Below, one piece after another: positions 28,375 through 35,790 of a stretch of 64,000 nucleotides of DNA. The stretch is from positions 235,145 through 299,144 of the IMG/VR virus record IMGVR_UViG_3300050014_000823. The stretch is one strand, 5' to 3'. How positions within the stretch are numbered: position 1 is the first letter of the stretch; each line of letters begins with the position of its first letter. The notes beneath the pieces are model-generated. The model searched no databases. It was not told the DNA's origin and was given only the letters and a program-made list of their open reading frames with translations. A program made the position numbers and the translations under genes.

Positions 28375-29130
28375 ATGAAAGAGAAAGAGTTAGAATGTGC
28401 TCCGTATTTTGCAGAAAGGGAAGAGAAAGCAGTACTCGATTATATTAATTCAAATTCCGCACAGGAAAAGAATAAAATATACAACGAAATCCTGCTCGAA
28501 CCCTTCCGCAAGATGATTCAATCCATACTTCGTAGGTATCCGATTCATATCGGAAACTACGATATGGAAGAAGTCGAATCTAATGCTTTGACACACCTTA
28601 TAGAACATATGGTGAAGTTTAATCCCGACAAGATTACCAAGTCCGGAGTGAAAACCAAAGCATTTAGTTATTGCCAGACGATTATCAGAAACTACTACAA
28701 AGACCACAGTAAAAAAAGTTACACTGAGAAAAAAATCAACTTGAGTTTTGACGACTATGTTGATGAGATTAATGAAAATATCGAATACACCTATGAAATG
28801 GAAGTCGATACACACAATCAACTCGATAAACTTATTAAAACTGTGATAGATAAAATAGAGGATAAAATCAATAATGACCCTCTAATGAAGAAGAATGAGG
28901 TAATTGTCGGTGATGCTATCGCCAACGTATTAAAAAATTGGCAGGTGTTATTTCAAGAAGACACTCCAGATGGCAAATACAATAAGAGAGTAACAAATAA
29001 GTTTGCAAAAAACAAAATATTACTTTTTTTAAAAGAGCAAACTGGTCTGTCAACCAAAGAGATAAGAATTGCAATTAAACCTTTCAAGGATATTTACTTC
29101 CTGGAAAAAATTGACTATCTCGATGACTAA
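28375..29130 (+). CDS. gp55: Phage late-transcription sigma factor (T4 gp55-like)
   Basis: YFAEREEKAV..., region-2-like EEVESNALTHLIEHMVKFNPDK and KAFSYCQTIIRNYY; no recognisable region 4. Confidence 0.65.
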   Translation: MKEKELECAPYFAEREEKAVLDYINSNSAQEKNKIYNEILLEPFRKMIQSILRRYPIHIGNYDMEEVESNALTHLIEHMVKFNPDKITKSGVKTKAFSYCQTIIRNYYKDHSKKSYTEKKINLSFDDYVDEINENIEYTYEMEVDTHNQLDKLIKTVIDKIEDKINNDPLMKKNEVIVGDAIANVLKNWQVLFQEDTPDGKYNKRVTNKFAKNKILLFLKEQTGLSTKEIRIAIKPFKDIYFLEKIDYLDD

Positions 29131-29147
29131 CATAAATTAAAAAACCT

Positions 29148-29155
29148 GTATTTAT
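29148..29155 (+). promoter_or_regulatory. Putative late promoter GTATTTAT
   Basis: Motif 20 nt upstream of ATG 29176; one of 22 gene-oriented copies. Confidence 0.65.
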
Positions 29156-29175
29156 ATGTACTAAAACTATAAACG

Positions 29176-29565
29176 ATGGCAAGACCTGTTAGAAGAAAAT
29201 TGGCATTTGACGAAGAAAGCGTGAATAAGCTACTTCAAGAAATCTATGATGATAGTCACAATTTAAAAGCTAAGATTACCCGCTTATTTAATAAGTGGGA
29301 AATCAAGGTGAAAGAAAGTGGCGAAGTTGCCGCAATTGGCGACCAGATAATTAAACTTATTTTGGCTGAAGCTAAAAATCAAGACCAGAAAATCATGATA
29401 TTAAAATATCTGAAGGAAGTGGTGTTTGATAACAAGGTAGGTGGACCGAACAACAGACCTGAACCTGAAAGGGAAGGTGAAATGACTACAGCAAGAAGAA
29501 ATGAACTTCTTAAGATGGTGGAAGACGGTATTGAGAGAAAAGATAAAGAAAGACAGCAAAACTAA
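29176..29565 (+). CDS. Hypothetical protein
   Basis: 129-aa helical ORF after the late motif. Confidence 0.75.
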   Translation: MARPVRRKLAFDEESVNKLLQEIYDDSHNLKAKITRLFNKWEIKVKESGEVAAIGDQIIKLILAEAKNQDQKIMILKYLKEVVFDNKVGGPNNRPEPEREGEMTTARRNELLKMVEDGIERKDKERQQN

Positions 29566-30884
29566 TGGGATTACTCGACCAAAAAAAGGATATTTTTACT
29601 ACTATTGGTGCATATACTTCTATGTCGCAGTCTGGAAGTATGCCCGATACAACCAATATTTTTCCGTCAATTAATAACAAAAAAGACATTGTACCGCTAT
29701 TGCTTGATGTTATGAAAGTCGTGGTTGGTACGGATGCCCTACAACAATTGACTGGTCAACTTTTTACAAAATTTATTACTAAGGTTGAACCTACATTAAA
29801 AGCTGCAGTTAAAAACCAAACTGTTCAGCCAAATAGCGGAACAGTAATTCCCGATGGTTTTAAAAATAACGGCTATACCATTAAAGTAAGGGATGTTGAC
29901 CCATATAGTTTATTGAAAATCAATCCTACAAGTACTTCGGGAAGTATGCTTTACGATACTTCTAAACCAAATTTTAATAAACTTGCATATCAAGCAATAC
30001 AAAATGCTGGTACTGACACGATTTTTGGTAGTATAATTATAAACTACAGTCAATCAACAGATACTTTTAATTTTAAACCAAACTTAGCAGTTACGGGTGC
30101 AAATCCAAAAATAGGTGATTTTCTCGGTGGGTTTGTTGATGACATGGAGATTATAAATAAAAAAACTTTCACTACCGATGTAATGAATAGCATTTATGGA
30201 ACGATTTCACATGCTCAGAAAAAAACAGTCGAACAAATTGCCGCAGAACTTGAAATAAATAAACTTATTGAACAATTAATAAACGACAACGATAGTTTTG
30301 TAATTTCACCCGAAGACTATGAAGCAATTCTCAGACAGGCACAAGAATTTGCCAATGGTGTTGTTTTTTACGACATGGGTTGCGGTGTTATGGGTGCAAG
30401 TCTGCCGTTAAGCGGATTATCTGCACTAATCGGCAGTATCAGTGGCTCAACCGACCCGTTTTTTGTTGGTAATGCAGTAAATGCTACAATTGACGCAAGT
30501 ACAAAAAATACTCCCGAAATGGCAACTGCCAATAAACAGACAGTCAAAGACGGATTTTTTCAAAGACTCATAAAATTAATAACACAATCACTTGCACAGG
30601 CGGTAACAACTGCCCCGCAGATTAGAACACTACAGGGAATTATAAGTGGATTTCAAAATAATGGTGTGGTGCAACTCGGTAATCCAAAAGATGACTTGAA
30701 AAAATTTAAGGTGTATTTAAATTGTGTGATTAAAGCTGCAATGGCAATGATAAATAAATTTATCTTTGACTTGGTAGTTACACTTTTAAATAAGTTGTTA
30801 GTTCCGGTAATAAAAGCAATAATTAGAGAAAAAATAAATCAATATATAAAAATTTTACAAAGTTTAATACCAGTAAAGACATGA
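29565..30884 (+). CDS. Hypothetical structural protein
   Basis: 439-aa ORF in a late operon leading to the gp5-like gene. Confidence 0.7.
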   Translation: MGLLDQKKDIFTTIGAYTSMSQSGSMPDTTNIFPSINNKKDIVPLLLDVMKVVVGTDALQQLTGQLFTKFITKVEPTLKAAVKNQTVQPNSGTVIPDGFKNNGYTIKVRDVDPYSLLKINPTSTSGSMLYDTSKPNFNKLAYQAIQNAGTDTIFGSIIINYSQSTDTFNFKPNLAVTGANPKIGDFLGGFVDDMEIINKKTFTTDVMNSIYGTISHAQKKTVEQIAAELEINKLIEQLINDNDSFVISPEDYEAILRQAQEFANGVVFYDMGCGVMGASLPLSGLSALIGSISGSTDPFFVGNAVNATIDASTKNTPEMATANKQTVKDGFFQRLIKLITQSLAQAVTTAPQIRTLQGIISGFQNNGVVQLGNPKDDLKKFKVYLNCVIKAAMAMINKFIFDLVVTLLNKLLVPVIKAIIREKINQYIKILQSLIPVKT

Positions 30885-31129
30885 TAGTAGACCAGAAATT
30901 AAACAAACAGTTTGTGGGTGTATATCTTATCGATGGCGATATAGAAGGCACACAACTCGCAACAACAGTTAAGCCTAATTGGTTCAGGATACTGATGACC
31001 AATTGGTTTTTAGGTTGGAAATGGATGAGTATTCCAGTTTTAAAAACAAAACAAGAGCAACTTAAAAGAATGAAAGCAATTGCTACCGACATCGCAAATG
31101 GTGTTGAGGAAGCAAATAAAGCAAAGTAA
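30881..31129 (+). CDS. Hypothetical protein
   Basis: 82-aa ORF with ATGA overlap. Confidence 0.6.
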   Translation: MIVDQKLNKQFVGVYLIDGDIEGTQLATTVKPNWFRILMTNWFLGWKWMSIPVLKTKQEQLKRMKAIATDIANGVEEANKAK

Positions 31130-31130
31130 T

Positions 31131-31538
31131 ATGCCAATTAATTTCAACAGCGTAGAGTCAATAATCGGTGGTTTCGACAAGATATTGAAACTTACCTCTA
31201 TTGGTGGTCCACCAAAAGTTCCACCGCCTTTGATATTGGTAGGTGTTCCCCAACGTCCGGGATTATCACCGACTAAAATTGCTTCACGCATTATTTCAAG
31301 AAAGTCAGAAGCGGGACTACCTGTTGGTGCATTACCTTCAGGTGGTGTCAGTCCAGATGAACTTATGGAAAGAATTAGGGTTGAAGAAATTATAAACGCA
31401 TTACAGCAAGAAGCTATTATTACTATTGTCATTCCACCAGGAATTACATTAAGTGCGTCAGGTATTGGACCTACAGGACCTGTTTCTGTATTTGGTTCAA
31501 CCATTTATTATGCTAAAGGTTATGGAGTAATACAGTAA
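31131..31538 (+). CDS. Hypothetical baseplate-region protein
   Basis: MPINFNSVES...PGLSPTKIASRII; start moved from 31080 to the ATG just after the upstream stop. Confidence 0.65.
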   Translation: MPINFNSVESIIGGFDKILKLTSIGGPPKVPPPLILVGVPQRPGLSPTKIASRIISRKSEAGLPVGALPSGGVSPDELMERIRVEEIINALQQEAIITIVIPPGITLSASGIGPTGPVSVFGSTIYYAKGYGVIQ

Positions 31539-31542
31539 AATT

Positions 31543-31938
31543 ATGGTGGAACATTTTAAATCACCGATGGCTTATGAGCCATTTCGCCCAAATCGTTGGA
31601 TACTAAGTTTTCCAGACGACTTTAATTTACCAGAATATTGTGTCAATAAGGTTTCAAAGTTGAAACATTATAGTGAGGGTAAGGGTAGTTGGAGAAAACT
31701 TACAATTACACTATACGATATAATGGGTGTAACCGTTACGAAAAATTTGCTTGATAATCTCAATCATGCACCAATAAGGGTTACATTAAAAAAATTAGAC
31801 CCCACGGGTGTATCTGTTGAAACCATTGAAATTTTTTCTAAGACGGTTGATATAAATTTTGGTGAGTTTGATTATGCTTCTGATGGCATAAGTAAGATTA
31901 AGGTAATATTAAAACCAACAAAAGTACAGGTATCATAA
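31543..31938 (+). CDS. Tail-tube-like paralog
   Basis: YEPFRPNRWIL, WRKLTITLYD, LKKLDPTGVSVE, VDINFGEFDY parallel the tube motifs YEPKRVNRFF, WESMDITFLD, LKALDPTGIEVE, TSIDFGDNSY. Confidence 0.75.
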   Translation: MVEHFKSPMAYEPFRPNRWILSFPDDFNLPEYCVNKVSKLKHYSEGKGSWRKLTITLYDIMGVTVTKNLLDNLNHAPIRVTLKKLDPTGVSVETIEIFSKTVDINFGEFDYASDGISKIKVILKPTKVQVS

Positions 31939-32180
31939 TGGAAAATTTAAGCGGATATACCCCAACACAGTTACTGAAGATGATAAATGATTGCAAAGCA
32001 AAGCATGAAACATTAAAACAGGAAATCATTGGTTTCGTTGACGAAGTTGAAACAATAGAAATGAAAATCAATGCAAGAATTGATGTTCTTGGTAAATGGG
32101 AAAAAGAATATGTTGAATTAATCGAAGAATTAAGTAATAGAGAAAATGGCATACGACAAACCGATATTACAAACGAGTAA
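31938..32180 (+). CDS. Small coiled-coil protein
   Basis: 80-aa heptad-rich ORF. Confidence 0.65.
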   Translation: MENLSGYTPTQLLKMINDCKAKHETLKQEIIGFVDEVETIEMKINARIDVLGKWEKEYVELIEELSNRENGIRQTDITNE

Positions 32181-33036
32181 TCCATATAAACAAGAGGGCA
32201 TGCAGATTTCTGTAACCCGCACGATTTATTATGGTGAAGTGGTTGACATTGCCGACCCTACTGAGGGTGGTAGAATTAAGGTAAAAATTCCAGACTTGGA
32301 TAATAAAACAACCAATGCTGATTTACCTTGGTGTTATCCTATGATGCCTAAATTCGTACACATATATCCTAAAGTAGGTGAAATGGTAAGAATTTATCTC
32401 GAAGACGTAAAATATCCACAAAGAAGTCGTTATTGGATGGGTAGTATTATCTCACAGATGCAAAAAGTCGAATTTGACTCGATTTATACCGCACTTTCAA
32501 CAACAAATATGGCATTGACCGCACCAGACCCTGCACCTTCAACATATCCGGATGCGGTTGGTGTATATCCACTACAGGAAGACATTGCAATCGTTGGTAG
32601 AGTTAATACCGATGTAATATTAAAAGTAAATGAAGTTCAAATCAGAGCAGGTAAACACGAAGACGGTAATCCTCTTAAACTCAACGTAAGAAATCCCGCA
32701 ACAATTGACATGAACTTCGAGCCGAAGACAAACGAAACAAACTATTATAGTAACACAGTTATCATGTCGGATAAAATTGCAATAATTTCTCACGATGGTA
32801 AACCACAGTTCAAAGCTGCAAGAATTACTCCCGAAGACCGTGTAAAGATTTTCGAAAACGGTCATCCTATGGCGAGAGCAGATGTTTTAGTTGAGGCACT
32901 GAATGTTATGAGAAATGCAATTATTCAACACATTCATGGCTATTCAAATCTTCCTGCGGATAAAACTGCTATAATTCATAGCTTAGAGAATATTAATTTT
33001 GACGCAATTTTACAAAAAAACATTGTCATAAATTAA
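32146..33036 (+). CDS. Baseplate spike/hub protein, gp5/VgrG-like OB fold
   Basis: YGEVVDIADPTEGGRIKVKIPDLD...LPWCYPM...PKVGEMVRI. Confidence 0.8.
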   Translation: MAYDKPILQTSNPYKQEGMQISVTRTIYYGEVVDIADPTEGGRIKVKIPDLDNKTTNADLPWCYPMMPKFVHIYPKVGEMVRIYLEDVKYPQRSRYWMGSIISQMQKVEFDSIYTALSTTNMALTAPDPAPSTYPDAVGVYPLQEDIAIVGRVNTDVILKVNEVQIRAGKHEDGNPLKLNVRNPATIDMNFEPKTNETNYYSNTVIMSDKIAIISHDGKPQFKAARITPEDRVKIFENGHPMARADVLVEALNVMRNAIIQHIHGYSNLPADKTAIIHSLENINFDAILQKNIVIN

Positions 33037-33052
33037 TTTTATTGTACATTTG
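33023..33052 (+). promoter_or_regulatory. Bacteroidota-type host promoter TTG-N19-TACATTTG
   Basis: TACATTTG at 33045-33052 and TTG at 33023-33025, directly before the nuclease gene. Confidence 0.5.
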
Positions 33053-33058
33053 TCCTGT

Positions 33059-33844
33059 ATGGATTTTACAATACCTACCGAACTATTTACTGCATTTAAT
33101 GATATTACGTTTTTTGACGTACCTCATAAATATTACATTGACAATAAAGAACTAATATCGGTAACCACATTAATTCACAAGTATCAAGAGGAATTTCAAG
33201 AAGATTTCTGGGCAGAAATTAAGGGTTGTCAACATGATTTGACTCCAAATCAAGTTAAACGTGCATGGAGATTTATTAATAAGAAAGGTACTATTAAGGG
33301 TTCTGCAATACACGACTATGCTGAAAATATGTTTCAGAATAAGGAGTTTGACTATCCTCTACATACAATTCTGACCGAATTTGGCTTTGACCCTGTTTGG
33401 AACGAATACCAAACAACCAAAAAACACGTTGAGGCATTTTATAAGGCAGTTCAAGGTAAATTAATTCCTATCCGTACTGAATTTGTTGTTTATGACAGAG
33501 AATCCCTTATTGGTGGTATGCTCGACATGTTGTTTTATAATGTCAAAGCACGGGAATTTCAGATTTGGGACTGGAAGACTAACAAGAAATTCATTCGAGA
33601 AGAAAAATCCAGGCATTTACTCAATGAACTTTGTATGATTGAGGATTGTGACTTGGAAGTTTATAGTTTGCAATTAGAACTCTACAAATACATCATAGAG
33701 AAGAATACAGGCATGAAACTCGGTAAGTCTTACATAGTATGGTTTTCTCATAATAACCCAACCTACGAGATAATAGAGACCAAAAACCGCAAATATGACA
33801 TCGGTGTTATAGTCAACAACAGAATTGCTGAACTTGCAGCTTAA
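33059..33844 (+). CDS. PD-(D/E)XK exonuclease
   Basis: SVTTLIHKY, KGSAIHDYAE, TEFVVYD...IGGMLDML...IWDWKT, YSLQLELY. Confidence 0.82.
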   Translation: MDFTIPTELFTAFNDITFFDVPHKYYIDNKELISVTTLIHKYQEEFQEDFWAEIKGCQHDLTPNQVKRAWRFINKKGTIKGSAIHDYAENMFQNKEFDYPLHTILTEFGFDPVWNEYQTTKKHVEAFYKAVQGKLIPIRTEFVVYDRESLIGGMLDMLFYNVKAREFQIWDWKTNKKFIREEKSRHLLNELCMIEDCDLEVYSLQLELYKYIIEKNTGMKLGKSYIVWFSHNNPTYEIIETKNRKYDIGVIVNNRIAELAA

Positions 33845-33919
33845 TTCTGGCTCAGTACATTTACTGTTGTGGCTCACATATTAGCTATTGTGAGCCAGAA
33901 ACCCGTTAGTAGCTAACAT

Positions 33920-34549
33920 TTAGGCTACGTGTGACCAAGTTTTTCTTGTGATTATTTTATTAATTGCACCATAACTCACATTAAACATATTTCCAATTTT
34001 TTCTTGTGTTAACTTACCTTCGGCATATATCCTACGAATTTCAATGACTTCTAACAGATTTAATTTTAAATTAGTTTGTCTGTGTGTTGGAATACCCATT
34101 TTAGCTGATGATATTTTATCTTTTGTTTTAAGCGAAGTGGTCATGCCATATCTGGGATGCTTATTACCCGTTCTACCATACATTGGATTTTTTTCACCTA
34201 ATTTTTTAAATGAAAGTTTTTGTTTTGTCTTTTCACTATGTTTTCTATCTAAAAACGTATGCTCTGGGTCGTTGACATTATAACCAAAGCTATTATCGAA
34301 AGAATTATGTGCCAATATAAAACTTAGTTCATGTGATAATAAATCATCTATTCTACATTCTAACAATATTGTAAACTCAAATGATTCTGCCCCGTACTTA
34401 TTCCACGATGACTGTAAATGTAAATTATGGTGTTTATTATGATTTAAGTGCCACTTATGGTCACGCCATCGTTTTTCAATAGTGGTAGTACTACCAATAT
34501 ATACTTTATTATTGATTTTATTTAATATTTTATATATTCCCGTTTTCAT
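33920..34549 (-). CDS. GIY-YIG homing endonuclease with NUMOD3 and C-terminal HTH
   Basis: MKTGIYKILNKINNKVYIGST, RKHSEKTKQKLS, TQEKIGNMFNVSYGAINKI. Confidence 0.88.
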   Translation of the reverse strand: MKTGIYKILNKINNKVYIGSTTTIEKRWRDHKWHLNHNKHHNLHLQSSWNKYGAESFEFTILLECRIDDLLSHELSFILAHNSFDNSFGYNVNDPEHTFLDRKHSEKTKQKLSFKKLGEKNPMYGRTGNKHPRYGMTTSLKTKDKISSAKMGIPTHRQTNLKLNLLEVIEIRRIYAEGKLTQEKIGNMFNVSYGAINKIITRKTWSHVA

Positions 34550-34556
34550 ATAAAAG

Positions 34557-34589
34557 AAAACCACAAATATACTAAATATTTGTGGTTTT
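34557..34589 (-). terminator. Hairpin/intrinsic terminator after the tail tube gene
   Basis: Perfect 14-bp stem AAAACCACAAATAT / ATATTTGTGGTTTT, with U-run on the minus strand. Confidence 0.7.
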
Positions 34590-34622
34590 ACAATACTTTT
34601 TAGTTTATGTATAACTACTTGA

Positions 34623-35114
34623 TTACAAGTTGAGTATACATCTCCAGGGCTGGATTGAAAGTGTAATGTTGGTCAAAGTATCTTCATCGTAACTGTTGTC
34701 GCCAAAGTCGATTGATGTTATCATACATTGTTCCAAGAACCATTTTTCTACCTCAATACCTGTTGGGTCGAGTGCTTTTAATAGAATGTTCTTCTTATAA
34801 CCTGCTGCGTAACCCATACGTCCTGTAAGAGATTCAGCGTGTAATCTAACCCATTCCATGAGTTGCTGTGATGTTGATGGACCAATTGGGTCAAGGAATG
34901 TGATATCCATTGATTCCCAGTTATAACGTCCCGCAACATAGTTACGCTCATTCATGAAGTTAATTTCTACTGAATTGATTTTCATTGAAGGTCTTTTGAA
35001 TTTTTGTACTTTCCAAACTTCAATGCCTAATTCATCTGCGAACTCCGCAAAGAATCTATTTACTCTTTTCGGTTCATATTCGAAAGGGATGCCCCTAATC
35101 ATTTCTCCTGCCAT
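34623..35114 (-). CDS. gp19: Tail tube protein
   Basis: 163 aa, YEPKRVNRF, RPSMKI, YVAGRYNWESMDITFLDP, GYAAGYKK; lies downstream of the sheath. Confidence 0.88.
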   Translation of the reverse strand: MAGEMIRGIPFEYEPKRVNRFFAEFADELGIEVWKVQKFKRPSMKINSVEINFMNERNYVAGRYNWESMDITFLDPIGPSTSQQLMEWVRLHAESLTGRMGYAAGYKKNILLKALDPTGIEVEKWFLEQCMITSIDFGDNSYDEDTLTNITLSIQPWRCILNL

Positions 35115-35180
35115 GTTTTTATCTGTTTAATTAAATAATGCTTATTTTTCTAATAAATACTTACGTATTTGAAAATAAAA

Positions 35181-35696
35181 TTACAATAGCGGCATTATTC
35201 CGGTCTTATGAAATATGTTGATTTCACATGCAGTCATCTGTTCTAATGTTTTTTTCTTTGGTGCTTCAGTTACCATGAGGGGAATATATGGTTCTTCTGC
35301 AGGAAGTGTCAAATCACATGTACAGTCTTTGTCGCATTTTTCATCGCATTTTTCGTCATCCTTACATTCGCAATTTGGGTCTGCACATGCACATTTTGGT
35401 TCTTCGGGAAGTGTGTCAATTACTGCATCACCGTTTCCTGGTCCGAAATGATATTCGTCTTGAAATTCAAATTTAACTTCTTTTGGAGTCATTTCTTCCT
35501 CAAGCAATTTTGAAATTTCTGCTTCCGCATCAACATTATGATAATTTTCAAGATTTTCAGTGATTTTTTCCGGTGTTTCACCGACTTCATTGATGAAATG
35601 TTCACGTGCTTCTTCGTCTGTTATTATTTTTACTTCTTCTACAGGTGTGTTAAGTATTGGCTTAACATATTCCTTTTTATTATTTCTTGTACTCAT
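35181..35696 (-). CDS. Acidic hypothetical protein with Cys cluster
   Basis: KCACADPNCECKDDEKCDEKCDKDCTCD; has its own GTATTTAT motif at 35726-35733. Confidence 0.65.
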   Translation of the reverse strand: MSTRNNKKEYVKPILNTPVEEVKIITDEEAREHFINEVGETPEKITENLENYHNVDAEAEISKLLEEEMTPKEVKFEFQDEYHFGPGNGDAVIDTLPEEPKCACADPNCECKDDEKCDEKCDKDCTCDLTLPAEEPYIPLMVTEAPKKKTLEQMTACEINIFHKTGIMPLL

Positions 35697-35746
35697 TTTA
35701 TAAAAAATTATAATATTATTTTCTCATAAATACTATATAAAAAAGA

Positions 35747-35770
35747 AAAGACCCACGGAAGTGGGTCTTT
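35747..35770 (-). terminator. Intrinsic terminator after the tail sheath gene
   Basis: AAAGACCCAC-4 nt-GTGGGTCTTT stem followed by a U-run on the minus strand. Confidence 0.8.
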
Positions 35771-35790
35771 GTCAATATGAAAGTCATCAA

